A program made the position numbers and the translations under genes. The notes beneath the pieces are model-generated. The model was not told the DNA's origin. It did no database searches and saw only the letters and a program-made list of their open reading frames with translations. Below are positions 1-14,439 of a stretch of DNA of 64,000 nucleotides, in pieces. Source of the stretch: the human T2T-CHM13v2.0 reference genome, Homo sapiens. Location of the stretch: assembly GCF_009914755.1 (NCBI RefSeq), contig NC_060944.1; one strand, given 5' to 3'. The stretch's first letter is position 1. Every line of letters begins with the position of its first letter.

Positions 1-328
1 TGCATGTAACAGAGGAGGTGAAACTGAGAAAAGTGTTTGGAACCAGGTATCATTGGCCTTGAGTGTTATCGGGAAGAGTCTAGACTTTTCTCATTAGGCA
101 GAGGGCAGTCACTGAACTGTTGTGAACCAGATCAGAGCTGTATTTTAAGACTGATTTGGCAGTCACGTGTAAAAGGAGTGAGATACAGGAGAGAGAAAAA
201 GAGAGGAGCAGTTAGGAAACTGCTAAAATAGCTAAGGCAAATGGCACTGGGAGTCTGAATTTGTACTGCAATAATGTGAGGAGAGAGGACCAAACATAGA
301 AACAGGAGAAGATTTGGCGCTAGCTGAT

Positions 329-687
329 ATTTTAGTCCATTTGGGCTGCTGTAACAAAATATCATAGACTCAGTGGCTTACAAACAAAAGAAATTTATTT
401 CTGACAGTTCTGGAGGCTGGAAGTCCAAGATCAAGGTGCTGGCAGATTCGGTGTCTGGTGAGGTCCCTCTTCCTGTAGAGAGCCATCTTCTTCCTGTGTC
501 CATGCATGGAGGAAGGGGTGAGAGGTCTCTCTTAGGTCTCTTTTATAAAGACACTAATCCCATCCACAGGGCTCCTTTCTTATGATCTAATCAACTTCCA
601 AAGGCCTCACCTTCTAATCACCATCACCTTGGAGGTTAAGATTAAGCATATGAATTTTGGGGGGATACAGATATTCAGAACATAGCA
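329..687 (-). mobile_element. MaLR solo LTR, MLT1A-like
   Basis: gctgctgtaacaaaat...gttctggaggctggaagtccaagatcaagg...ttcagaacatagca matches reverse-oriented MLT1A; possible TSD ctgat/ctggt; flanked by L2-like sequence. Confidence 0.75.
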
Positions 688-1359
688 CTGGTTGTGGGGA
701 GCATAAGGAGAGAGACGACAATGTGTCAGAAGTTCAAAAGAGCAAGCGTGTCATCTATAGTGCAGAGGAATCACATGTCCTTGTCCAGTTAAAAGGGATT
801 ATACTGGGAGATGATGGGAGCTAAATGGGAGTGGTGCAATTGGTGGGACACTTGAAAGCACATGAGTGAAGGCTGGGATTTCCAAATGCAGCAAAGCAGC
901 ACTTTCCATGGTGTGGTGCGGGGATTTGACATGTGTCGGTCTATGACCAAATAATGATGTCCATACTTCTCAGATACTTGAAGTGAGCATGCAGACCTTT
1001 AACAAAGTTAGAACATGTGGCATTTAAAGTCTGTGATTTTTAATTTTGAGCAATTGAAATGACTGAAGTGACCATATATAATTTCTATAAGTAAAACAAA
1101 CGATTGCATATACAGTTATAAATATAACAATTTTTAAAAGGAAATGTAAACTCTAGGCTTTAAATTGTGCATTAATGTGTATACTTTCTTCTTAACTTAG
1201 CATGATAATAATAAGACAACAGAAATGCATGTTTTAACAGTCTGTTTTCTACTGATCTGTTATCCCTTTCTTTGATTTTTTTTAATAATCCATCTGGAAC
1301 ATTCTTGTGTTTCCCACTTTCATATAAGTATTTCTTTATGTTTTCCTATTTTTTAACAG

Positions 1360-1407
1360 ACGATAATAATGAAGAAGAAGAGGATGTTGAAATGAAAGAA
1401 GATTCAG
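1360..1407 (+). CDS. MACROD2: MACROD2 internal coding exon (48 nt, phase 1-1): (D)DNNEEEEDVEMKEDS
   Basis: Polypyrimidine tract ending ttttaacAG; donor TCAG|GTATT; peptide matches the recalled MACROD2 acidic tail and joins the next two exons in frame. Confidence 0.93.
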
Positions 1408-1649
1408 GTATTAAATTCATACTTTTATTATTAGGGGGTAGGTAGGGGTCATTTTGTTGTTTATGTACACTTCATATTTTTTCAACGAAAGACAAAATAA
1501 GATTAATAAAATAGAAATATATGCTCAGTGTTATAAAATTAAAAAGTAGTTGTTCTAACACTTAAGGCTATTGCAGTTGCTGTATTTAAGGAATAAATTT
1601 GACCTTGAGTTTCCTGACAGCGAAGGTAAAAATGGAACATGATGTTGTG

Positions 1650-2162
1650 GTTAATACAGTTATATAACGAATCACCCCCAAAACTTAGAGTAAGCTGAAA
1701 ACAACCACTTCTTACGCTCATGAGCATAGCAGAGATAACTTAATCATCCTGTTCACAAGGTTTGGAGCTCAGCAGGAAGATTCAACAGCTGGAAGCTGGG
1801 ACCATCTGAAGATTCACTCACTTGTCTGTCTAGTGATTGATCTCAACTGTCAGCTAAAATCTTAGCTGGGACAACTTCCTAAAACACTTGTTCATGGCCA
1901 CCTTTATGTGGCCTGGGCTTCCTCAAAGCATGGCGGCCAGCTTCCAAAATGAGCTTCTCCTGGAAAAAGGGAGACACTGTATTCTCAGGCTTAGACATTC
2001 CATTGCATCACTCCATGTAATTCATTCTTTGGAATAGTCACAAGCCTGCCAAAATTCAAGAGGAAATGAAAATGAACTCAATCTGTTTTGGGGAGTGGTT
2101 CTATAGAGCGTGTAAGACCTAAAATATTGCTGTGGCCATCTTTGGAAAATACACTTTCCACA
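1650..2162 (-). mobile_element. Old MaLR LTR (MLT1 family)
   Basis: aatcacccccaaaacttag...tggcctgggcttcctcaaagcatggcggc...gtggccatctttggaaaatac; boundaries approximate. Confidence 0.6.
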
Positions 2163-3249
2163 TACTATATTTTGCTCTCATTATCAGAATTGAGATGCAT
2201 GCCAACTCCTCAACAAAGCCCACTTGTTATGAGGAAAATCTAGTAGTTAAATGCACAGGTTATGGCCTAAGGTAGCCATTCAGTGTGTCTTTGATAATAA
2301 AGGCATAAATCAGTAGACCTGAATTCACTTGTAGCTCTATCAATTATTGACCTTAGGCAAATGTCATTTTCTATAAGCTCAGTTTACAATTCTGGGGGCA
2401 ATAATTCTTACCATATAGTTTTCTTTGGAGGATTAAATCAGATAACATACCTAAAGTTTCATACAGTGCTTGGACCATAGTAAAGATTCAGTAAATTATT
2501 GCTTTTTTCTTTCTCATTCTAACAGATATTAGAAGGATATAGAGCTTAAGTCTATGATTAAAAGCTCCTTCTTCCTCATTTTGGCAGTCACAGTGTTCTG
2601 ACCATGAAAGAGGTATCTCAGAGGCCCTGATTTTGTGTTGCTTCTCATTTGATGCCAGAATTCCCTACAAATCACTGACAGGCTCAGTCTGGGCAGCTCC
2701 ATCAGCAGGGAGCTCTTTAAATTCTGATGCATTTGATCTCAATACATAAGGTTTGATCGGTGTGGTCCTTCTCTATGTTAAGTTATATCTCTCTCCCTCC
2801 CCGGACTGCCCACTATCTTCAAGGGGAAATAACACCAGTTTATTTTCTTCATAAAAGTTCATTGGAACAAGGATTATAGCTTCTATCTACTCTTCTCCAG
2901 TCCAAACATGTCTGATTCCTAAGGTTTCCTTGGACTTCCAAATGCAATGGATTCAGAGGGCATGAGAAGCAGAAGCAGAATCTAAAAGTCAGGAGCAGGA
3001 ATAAAGGAGGTAGAAGAGGAACTGTAGCAGTGGCTGTTGGTGCCCTACTTATGTCTCCTTGGTGCTTGCTGTTATTTTATAGCACCAACAGCTTTCCAAA
3101 GAAAGTCCTTATGACTCTCTGCTGAGCGCTTTACTTGTCCTGGCAGCAAACTCAAAGCACCAGAGAATTAATTTCTCTGGAGCAGACCTCAACCAATAAC
3201 AGACAGGAATTGGTTGGTTAATACCCACATCTGACTCATGTTCTATTCT

Positions 3250-3574
3250 AATGCTGTCTAGTAGAAACATAATGTGAGCCTCAAATGTGAGCCTAATGTA
3301 TAATTTTAGATTTTCTAGTAGCCACATTGAACAAAGTGAAAGGAAGAACGTAAGACTAACTTTAACAATATTTTGTATAACACAATAATCCAAAACATTA
3401 TCATTTCAATGTATAATCAATATAAAAATAGTCAGATATTTTACATTCTTCTTTTTTCATACTAAGACTTTGAAATTGGTGTGTGTTTTACATACACGTT
3501 CCAGTTCAAACTAGCCACATTTCAACTACTTGTTGGCCATACGTGGCTAGTGGCTACAGTATTGGACAACACTG
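3250..3574 (+). mobile_element. MER33 (hAT-Charlie) DNA transposon relic inside an old MLT1 LTR
   Basis: Terminal gctgtctagtagaaac.../...tattggacaacactg; internal ttttctagtagccacatt and gtggctagtggctac. Confidence 0.7.
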
Positions 3575-6529
3575 TTTGGAGGTCCCCGATAGAACTGAGT
3601 CTTGGTTGCCCACAGTGGAATGTGCTCATGAACACACCCAGTATTGGCTGCTTTCCTTTTCCTGTCTTTCTTCCCTACTCCTCTTGTGATACTTACTAAA
3701 ATCATCTCTCAAATTAACTGCTTAAAACTCAAACCCTTCTATGTTTACTTCTGAGAGAATAAGACCTAAGACAAGGACTTTGCTTGCCTTTTATAAAACA
3801 TAGAGCTCAAGGTAAAATTTAAATTAAAATTTCCATTCCTATACCCATGTAGAATGTCTTATTGTTAAAAAGAACCATATGTTTAAAAAAGACTTGAAAT
3901 TGTCACTCTGTCTTGAATTAACTTTCATGAAGTTAATCTTAATGCTTGCCATTCTCATTTATCCTGCTCACATGAAATGTCCTTGGAGTATCTTTTAGCT
4001 ATGAGGGGTACTGCCCTTTCAAGCACCCGGTATAAGGGCCTTATCTCGCCATGGATCATTTGCCTAAGTGCTGTAAGTACACATTTCTAAGCAAAGAGAG
4101 TTGGCTTCTCAATGAGATTTAGATAGCTATCCAAACCACTGAATGATTTTAAGGAAATCATTATTAATGCTAATGCAGAGTCCCCAAGTTTGGAGTCAGC
4201 ATTTGAGGTTCAGCGGCATTAATTGGATCACCATTTCTGATTTTAGTTCCACCAGGTTTCCTGGGAGTTTTGTCACCAGCAGCTGCATGCAGCTGTTCAA
4301 GTCATATTCAATGGCCCAAGGATGCTAAGCCACTTGGGCAGAATGGGCTTGGGAGCTACTCCCAATTTCCTATACCTGAGTGCTGAAATCATGGAGGATT
4401 TTTGTGCTGAATGGTTCCAGCTGGCCTCACCAGACATTGGTGTGCATGCTGGCTTCATTCAGATCTCACACTTAAGCATGTCAGTCTCGAAGATGAGTCT
4501 AAACCAGCCTCCCAAGGCCTTTAACTGCTGCCTTTCCCCCGCCCTGCATCAATTCTTCTCATTCAAATAGAAAAGCTGGAGGGATTTTTACAAATGCAAC
4601 CGACACTAATGAAGGGCTACTTGAGTGAATCAACTGGCCAAGACATGCTAGTGAATGATAGTAAATAACAACTTGAATACCTAAACCCACTGGGGTGCTT
4701 GTAAATTAACTCTCTGGGTAAGAAGAGCCCCAGTGTGAAGAGTTTGCAGATTTCTATGGTATAAACACAAATACCATGGTCTTTTTCAAGCTTCCAAAGC
4801 ATGAGGTCAATGAATAGGAGAGCTAGGGAGAGATGGTACAATTAGCTCGTGTGAGCTGGCTCAAGTCAGCCGCAGCACAGCTCTGCTGAGCCAGACTTTA
4901 ATTGGGCATGTACTTTGTGCCAATAACGTGACATGCATGAACTCATTTAATAAACACAGCAATTCTACAAGGCAGGAACTGTTATTATTGAGGCTTAAAA
5001 GGGATTAGTTCCTTGCTTAAATAGCAGAGCCAGAATTTGAACCTGAGTTTGCCTGACCCCAAAATTCATGTCCTTTACTTTTTTGCTCCTGTCTCCAGAC
5101 TTTTATAGTAAGTAGAGGCAGGAGCATTTCAGATGGTATCAGACATGGTCATCTGCAAGGGGAGGCTCTACTCCCATGGGAGGTAGAAGAAGCAGACTGG
5201 CCTAAATGCCTAGAATTCCTTGTAAGTCCTTTAATCATCTTCCTTAATCCTTAATTCCTTAATGGCAAATGTTTTCCCATGTCCTTTCATTTCCATGACT
5301 ATGCACTGTTGAAATTAGCCCCAGTCTGAGCCAGCAGGGACAGAAAATTATCAACCACCTATGGAAACTCAACCACATCACAGCTGGATGCACAGTTGAG
5401 TCCCTCAGGGGACAAAGCCATGCTCCTGGCAAATCTCCAGGTTTCCACCCTCTGCCAGACACAGGGCAAGCTAGAAAACATGATACATTGTCAAGGAGAA
5501 GCATGGGGGTGCTTTTGAAGAGAAGCAGAAGCAACTCTCTTCTTCACTCCCCCAGGCCAAGAGGGAAAGTTGTTCCTCCCAAGCCACAAGTAGAAACTTG
5601 GGCACAGAGGCCATATGTATCTGTGACTTTCATTTGCATGCCCCAAAACACTTCACCTGTGGTATCATGAAATGATACAATACTGTTTCACAGAACATGT
5701 TTCATGTTCATATTCAACATGTAAGCATGCCCACTGACCCAAGGAGTGCTCTACAACTTTTTCAAAAATAAAATATTAGTACTTTAGGGGGTGCTTAGAT
5801 ATTTCAAAATGTGGCACATGGAAGTCTTTTTAAATAGTACCCACTCCCCAGGAATTCCCATTCTGGTGGAAAATGAAGACCTAGAAATGTAACTCACAAA
5901 AATGCAAAAAGTGATTTGGAGAAATGCTGGTTTGGAGTTGAATTTTCAGCATTGGAAACTCTCTTCTTGATCCCAGTTGCAGACGACACATTGCAGTGAC
6001 ATAGAAGGGTTAGATTTTTCTCCCAGTGAGGTTGCAAATGTCCCTTTGCCCATTGTATGAATCCCTTTGAGCCCAGTATTTGCACTCGGTGAGCTGCTCC
6101 AAGCATCTCATTTCTGTTTTTGCTGAACCCATTCCAAGGGTCAACATCCATCTTGCACCTGGTGACAGAAGTTTGGGGGAGTTGCTAATGTAGTCATTGG
6201 CAAAATTTTTCACCCTGGCTGTGGTAATAACCTTAGATGTGACTGACTTGCAACCACAGAAAACCTAGCCTAGTGCCCAAAGCTTTGCAGTTTATAATGC
6301 CAAAGTTTTTAATAGCACATCTATCAAATGTGGGGTTTTTTTTTGTTCTGTTCCTTTTTTAATAAATGGGAAATGAGAAATGAGTCGCCATAGCTCTGTA
6401 ATGTAATTTTAGAATCCTGGCACGAAGGCGACAGCTGCTAAGAGAGAATTAGGCAGGGTCCCCATTATATCTTGGCCTTAAAGAAAGGGCTGGGGAAGTG
6501 AAAATAAAATAGAATTTGAAATGAAATTC

Positions 6530-7420
6530 TCAAGGCACTGCTAGGCACCAGGGATACAAGAGGGATTAGGAAAGACAAGTGCCCTTTTCTCATGGAATTT
6601 ATGTTCTTGGGGATGAGGTGAGGAAGGAGACATACAATAAAGGGATACACCAGAGAGTGAGATAATTTCACATACAAGTGATGTGTTTGAGAGAGATTTC
6701 CTTTCTGGTGAGCCTTTAGATTAGGCAGTCAGGGAAGATCTTCTAGGGAGTTGAATTTGATCTGAGATTCAAAGGGTGAGAAGGGAGCAGACATATGAAT
6801 ATGTGTGTTGGAGGAGTGGGGGTGAGAACAGCAGGTGCAAAGGTTCTGAGGCAGGAACCAGCCTAGCAGTGATTGAGGAACACAAAGGGAAAGGAAACTG
6901 ACAAAGCTAGAGCCAAACACAAGAGGGAGGTGAGGCTAGTGTGGTAAGCGGGGCCCCAATGACATGCTGTGCTAGGCCTGGAATTGGATTTGGATCTTAT
7001 TCTAAGCAATGGTTTTTAAACAGGTGAGCAATGTGATCTGGTTTATGTTTCAAAAGCTCACACTGGCTGCTGTGTTGAGGATAGAGTGTAGAGAGTAAAG
7101 AGTAGAAGCAGGGAGATTAGAAGGCTAGAGGGTTATGAGATGCTGGTCTGGGCTACTGTGGTGATTCCAAAGGTTGAACACAGTAGATGAATATGAAATC
7201 TATTTTAGAATGGAGCTGATAGGGCTTATGATAGAACTTACGATTGCTTCAACTGGAAAAGTAAATGAAGAAAAATATTGAGAATGACATCTCAGTTTGG
7301 AGTTTAAATTTCTGGGTAGATAGTAATACCATTCCTTGAGATGTGCAATACTGTGGAAAGAACATGCTTATAAACATCAAGTATATGATTCTGTCTGATT
7401 TCAAATTTGAAATGCCTGAT
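6530..7420 (-). mobile_element. L2 LINE fragment
   Basis: Typical L2 3' purine-rich motifs (gaacagcaggtgcaaaggttctgaggcagga; aaagctcacactggctgctgtg). Confidence 0.6.
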
Positions 7421-9253
7421 GAGGTCCTTTACAAAAAAATTGAAAGGGCCTGATGGGAGTTGAGTGCAGGAAAGGAAATTATTAGTGCTGTGAAGTGTGG
7501 GGCATAGTTAAGTACCAGCCCTGAAGGGACAATGGGAAGGAGGTGGCTACGGGAGCCAAGAAACTTAGAGGGCCACATGGAGAAGGCCAACTCTAAGATC
7601 TGTAACCTTCGATTGAGGGATACAACCAGCTCATGAAAACCACCAGGTGCCTAGAAAGTAAATGCCCTGAGCTCCCCACTGGCTACTTGAACCAGGGAGT
7701 TCATTCATGCAATCCAGAAAATTCAGCCTCCCAGAGCACAGCAGGGGTGGTGAAGGTGGAGAGTGGATCTAGAGGGGCAAACAGATATCCATTCCTAAAT
7801 CCCAGACAAGATGCCACGTAGGCTGTTGAAGATGTAAGTCATGAGCTCAATAGGAAGACCAGGGCTAAATACATAAATTAACACCTAATGAAGTGTTCTA
7901 TATCCAAATGAAATAAACTCGGAGATGCTTTCCTGACACTGTCCTCAGACTTTAATTTATTTGCCCCCAAGGATAGACTTAGAGGGACATTGAGGAAAAT
8001 AGGAAGCACAGTAATTTAACTGGGACATACAGAAGTTGTTTAGAATCTGGATTACTAAAAACAGTTTGTTAAATAGAAGCAGGGTAATTTCTAGCCCCAT
8101 TCCTTTCTCCATTCCTCTAGCCCTGCGTTCAGGACTGAGTAAGATGAAATTGCACAATGACAATTGTCAATTAATCTATGAAGATTGAAATCGAACACTC
8201 TTGGAGGAAAAAATATTAACAGGGTTCCCTTATGGAGAATTTCTAAATTTATAAAAGCACATGTGTAAGATTTTACATTTGTGTGAATCACTAATGTTAT
8301 CTACAAAAATGTTTTAGCTTAAGCCTTAAGTTTAAGTCTATGTAGGTTGGAGAACCACAAGTCCTTGCCAGAATTTCGCTCAGCCATGATGACAGATGAA
8401 ACTGCAATTAAGATTCAGCGTGTGTGTAGGTTTACTAAGAAGAAAACATTTTTAAATTTCACATAATTTTGAACCCTACTGGTAAATATTTAAATGAGAA
8501 TATTAAATCTTCGTGATTCCAGAGGGGTTAGAGCCAAAAGGCCTCTCTCCACCCTACAAAAAGAGCAAAGCAAAGAAGCCAGAATGTTCGAAAGACTCTA
8601 GCGAGGGTAAGTCCTGTCCCTCCTTCCTTTAGAAAATTATGCCATGAAAAGAAACATATTTAATTTTTAAATTATGTGTACAAACACACTCATGTTCAGA
8701 TATTCCTAAGGGTTAAAATATCACAGAGAAATTCTTTTATCCCTTTCTAATATGTTTGAAGATGAAGAATCAGACTCAAGTTTATTTTGTTAAGGTAAAA
8801 CCCAAATTTTAAAAGTCCATTTTGTCAGTATGTTGTATTTTCCATGTCTGCAAAGCAAAAAATTGTAGGTAGTGCTTACCAGTTACATGTTCCAAAATTG
8901 TGCAAAAGTGAAGGTCAAGATTTGCATGTGATGACCAGCTTTGCAGCTATTGTCTTACTGGGGAAATTGTTTTTCTGATAAATACATTCTGAGTCTTTCC
9001 AGATTCGGACCTCAACAACAGATGCTGGAAATGGTTCCTGTCTTTAGCATTGTCTTTCATTTTCTAAGATCCTACATACCTTTGCATTTTTGCATTGAAT
9101 GGGCAGGTCCCACTGGACTCAGTTTTATGAATAAATGACTCGGTCTCTCTTTTACACACTAGTACAACATACAATTCATTCAAATTTTCTTTTGAAATGT
9201 TGATGAGATGTTCTTTTCATGTGAACCTCAAACCTAAGAGTAGTACAAACTTT

Positions 9254-9288
9254 TACACTTGATCTTAGCCCAAAGACCCAGAAGCGAT
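9254..9288 (-). pseudogene. 3'-truncated U2 snRNA retropseudogene (U2 nt 1-35)
   Basis: Minus strand ATCGCTTCTGGGTCTTTGGGCTAAGATCAAGTGTA vs U2 ATCGCTTCTCGGCCTTTTGGCTAAGATCAAGTGTA (32/35); flanked by 18-bp direct repeats 9237-9254 and 9289-9306. Confidence 0.9.
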
Positions 9289-11113
9289 AGAGCAGTACAA
9301 AATTTTAAAGGGAGCATATTTACGCTTTGTCTTTCTTGCCTGGATCCCCACCTCCTCCACTGGGAAATGAAGAGTGTAATAATACTGATGGTGTCAGGTT
9401 GGGTCTTGAGGGAAGAAGATGCCAAGATGGAAGCAGAAGTGCAGGATAAAGGTGAGAGAAATGGGCAATGGAGCAGGAGCAGCTGAAAGGAGAGAAGAAA
9501 AGAAGGAGGCTCAGCTAGGAAGTGCCTCAGTCTGCAGTGCAGTCTGGAAGTCTGGAGGAGTCCTGCACTGGGCAGGAATAGCTGGGCTCTAGGGTCTCGC
9601 TTTCCCATGCTCAGTCACTGGCTGCAAGTAGTTTGGCAAGAAAGTGGCCGGCCTCAGCAGGAACATGATGCCACAGGGGTTCTCAACAGTGTGGTTGCTG
9701 GGTGCTGTCAGCTTACTTCTCTCCTAGCAGCAGGTCTCACTTGAAAAGAACTCTTGAGCTGCTCACATGCAGGACTGCACAGTATCCCTGTTGAGTGCCG
9801 GGGCTTCCGGTGCTAAGTAATGACGCTGCTTTTTCACCTTCCTGGGAGTTCAGAACCAATCGAGAAGCCAAAGCTGAAAGAAAGGTGGAAATCAAAGCAT
9901 TAGCTTGAATACTAACATGATGAGGCCAGAGCATCTGGCTGCCCTGCTCCTAGACAGGCTTCCTAACCCTGAATTTCAGCTCTAAATAGGAAAGCTTTAA
10001 TCACTGTCCCCTCACAGGCGAGTGCAGGTGTCCTCAGCTTCCTAGACCAAGACTGCCCTGATCAGCTTGTTATAGGATGAGCAGACCAGGAACACGCCTT
10101 CTCTGTAGGCAGGTGGGTCTGAGAGAGACACAAGATGGAACTGTTTCCTTCTCCCAGGCTTACTGTAAGAAAGGAGAGGTGCAGAAAGGCACAGAAACAG
10201 ATGTGACCCCTCCTCTACACAAGGAGCAAAGGAGGAATATTTCCTACTGACAATGAAGAGTAGAAATAGCATGTGTACTGGCCTAGCACTGGCCTGGCCT
10301 TCTGTCAGTGATGGCTGTTGTTATCAATATGATGATCATGGCCATCGTAGATTATGCACTGCCCTAATTCAGTGAAATGTGCTTGAAAGTTTAAAATCGT
10401 TCAGAGGAGAACACTTAGAACCAGGAAAAAGGCCAGCTGCAATAATTCACCCAAGATGTTAAGCTTTGTTACTGCCTGGTTGGGAGAGTAGCTGGGGCTT
10501 CCAAATCTCCTGTTGTAGTTCGGTCATTTTCTAGACCATCTCTTAAGGCCACACTTGGGTAATGAGCTGGGGCAAAGCAATACTCACCTTTCCCCTAGAG
10601 AAACTCTACCTCACCAAATGATTCCCATCACATCCATAACCTATGTCAAAAGTTGTTTTCCAGAACCTGAGCCTGTTGTCATTTCTGAGCCTCATATAAC
10701 AGCTATTAAGCTGTAGCAGTTCTTCCGCCTTTAATTAAAGAAGGGAATTCTTCCAAGTTACTCCTTCCAATGTGTGAAAACTTCATTTACTTCCTAAATC
10801 AGTTGCTTTGTTTAGGAACATCATTCCCGAATCCTAATATGACTCAATAATACAGCTTCACCTCCTGTAATTATGTGGTCTAACAATCTGCTCTGAATCA
10901 TAAAGATGAAAATGTGGTAACTGGATTTGCTAGCAGGGACATTCTGTCTGTGGTGAAATGTGAATGTGAGGCACTCTCCAGAAACATAGGAATTGTTCAT
11001 TTGTTCCTAAGAGGGCTTCAAAGACAAATAAAAAGTAAAGATAGCTGGGCAAGGAGTGAGAAAGGGAGCGCCATCCGGCAGGCAGCGGTGGATGATTCCA
11101 TGATATGCTGTTG

Positions 11114-11511
11114 TGCTGAAACCCTCCCAACTTTAGAGGGGATGACACCAGGTTCGAGAGGCTGAAGAAGAGCCCCAGAATCACTGAAAGAGACATGGGG
11201 TTTTCCTGGGGGCTTTCATACAGGAGAGAGGGCCTGGTGGTGGCAGCCTGGGCAGGAGGACCACAGCCGCTTATAAAAAACATGCAATGGCAACCTTTAC
11301 TTACCCCAAGACAAAGGGCCTCCATCCCTTGTACAGCCTGAGTTCCACAGGATGGGCCGGGGGCTCAGATGTTCCCTGTAGATAAGGAATCAATCTCCGG
11401 GTTGCCACTCCTGGATTCTAGTTGAGAACTTTGAACCGCATTGAGGTGCATCCACCACATGGTTCATTCTCAGGATATGGTTAAGTGATTGCTATCAGCT
11501 GGGTTTACCAC
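11114..11511 (-). mobile_element. ERV solo LTR (LTR47-like; subfamily uncertain)
   Basis: gatgacaccaggttcgagaggctgaagaagag...gagacatggggtttt resembles a reverse LTR R/U5 region; possible TG...CA ends. Confidence 0.45.
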
Positions 11512-12699
11512 ACATACGGCACTTATTACTTATCAGAGTTTCTATTTTGACAAAATAACCTATGTCTCTGAATTCATGCATTGTACTCTTGCATGTGTTC
11601 CATTTCCTGTTATGATACAAAGAGTTACAATCATTCTTTCCTAGTGGATATGCAAATGAAATCTGGTATCACTGGAAGAGGGACAAATTTTAATGCTGAT
11701 CATTACTCTCCTCTCTAGATCTTCTTCCCAGCTTAGAGTTATCAATGTTTTTTTAGCTTGGTCATTTCATATTTTTTTAGAAAGAGAAGCTCCTGGTATT
11801 TTTATTTATAGATCTCTCAGCTTAATGCCCCAACACTTGGCCCCATCTCTCTTTTCTCCTTCTTTAGGGTTCCCTGGCCCACTTCCCACCCTCACAGGTA
11901 CTACTGATTTCCACCTTTTAACTGATAATGCACATTTTCAGAAAGGGTTGTAGAAAACAAACTCACCTAGATTTTCCAGCATATATAGTCATAATAACTG
12001 TATTTAGATTCAGAAGAAAAATTTCAAGAACATATGGTCAAATTTTCTCATTCTACAGAATTTTTTTAAAGTACAGACTGCAAATGCTTCTTTAACTTGC
12101 CCAAGTCCACGCAGTTTGTTAATGTCACAATCTTTTTTTTTTTTTTTCTAGAAAAAACACAGCTTCTGTAATCTTTTCTCTTTCTCTTTCCTGGAAATTA
12201 GAACAAATTTTTTGAAGGAAGAAATATTGTCAACATTATAACCTTGAGTGAAGCATTATTACTTTAGTAAATATCTCGCTAAGATACTGAACATCAAAAT
12301 TAAAAATCAAACAACTTCTAAATGTATTTATTTGCATTTTTATGCTGTGTACTTTTGAATATAGTGATTTTATTATTTTTAGTAAAATTTCATGAACTGC
12401 TGTGTACTTTGGTTTCACACACTCAACACCATACCAATAATGAAATTATTAGTAATTTCAAGTTACTAATTGATTGGCTGTCATGTGCTATAAATGATAA
12501 TGCCATCTGTGAACCAGCAAGGCATAGACAGAATTGTTTGGAAAAAAGCCTGATTAGTACCAGTTGCATTAATTCTAACTCCCCATAATTTAGACCTTTT
12601 TTTTTCTTACAAAAAGTTGAAAGAATATTATTGTAGAAAACTTAGCACCTTTAATAAAGCATACTTTTCTCACACTTCTTCCTTTGTCTTTCAGAAGTA

Positions 12700-13650
12700 A
12701 ATTATCTACAGGTTCCTTTAGTGAAAGTCTCTCAGGCCTTATTTGTCTGAAAATGGTATTATTTTGCATTATTTTCTTAAAGCAGTATTGGTGGGTAAAA
12801 ATTTGAGATTGATGGTTATTTTCTTGCAACATTTTGAAGTTTTCCTGTAGTTGTTAAGGAATATTTCCGTTTGTTTTTTGCTTCTTTTAAGCTTATCTGT
12901 TTTTCCTTTCTGTCTGCTTTGACAATCTACTCATTACCTTTTGTGTTCCATAGTATCACTATGATGTGCCTAGGTATAGATTCATTTTTATATATCCTTC
13001 TTAGAATTTGCTGTACTTCTTGGATCTCGGAATGGGCATCTTCCATTAGTTCTGAAAAATTCTCACGTATCACTGCACCAAATATAACTTCTAATCTATT
13101 ACTTTCTATTCTTTCTTTCTCTGTTCTTCATGACTTTTAACCCATATCGCATTTTGTCCTCTGTATCTCTTCTCTCTCTGATGCCTTCCGGTTAATTTTT
13201 TTCAAGTCTGTCATTTAACTTGCTAATTTTCTATTCAACTTTATTTAATCTGATGTTTAACTCTTCACTGTATTTCTAATATAGTTTTCTTTTTTGATAG
13301 GTTTTATTTGGTTCCTTTTCAAATATACATGGCCATTTTTTATTTAATTAACACATAAAATACCTTTAATAATCTGCATCATAAATTTAATATCTCTAGT
13401 CTGTACAAGTCTGATTCTGCAGTTTATTGATTCTGCAAACTTCTGCACTTGGTTATTTCCTCGTGTATTTTGCCTTTTTGATGATCATGTTCCTTGGATT
13501 TTTACTTATGGAAGCTTTTTTGATGTTGCTTTAAGAGCTCATTTATTTACACTTGGTTTTCTAAGATACCTGAAGATATTACCTTAGCAATACCTTAAAG
13601 TACATATTTGGCTTAGAGTTTTGTTTTTATTTTGTTGGCTAATGGTCCTT
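12700..13650 (-). mobile_element. Old L1M fragment
   Basis: T-rich reverse L1 character (ctatgatgtgcctaggtatagatt; cattagttctgaaaaattctc); approximate. Confidence 0.5.
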
Positions 13651-13825
13651 AAACCCATGTTAGTCCATGTATAAGATGAGGAAATCTCAACAGAGACCTT
13701 TTTTTCCCTTTTTTCTCACGACAAATGCTAAAACTGACATAGGCAAATCTCCCACTATATTTATGACCCTAGCATGGGCCCCTCCATGCCTCACACGTGT
13801 GGCTCATTCAAATCCAAGCTCTAGC

Positions 13826-14374
<549 letters not shown>

Positions 14375-14439
14375 TTATCATTTCGGTTTCAAGAATTTCC
14401 CTTAGAAAAGCACCAGCTCAGCCATGTATTCAAGAAGTA

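Noticed and set aside
9234-9608. 124-aa minus-strand ORF
   Set aside because: Leu/Ser-rich translation of an old LTR-like purine tract ending in the U2 fragment; no recognisable protein.
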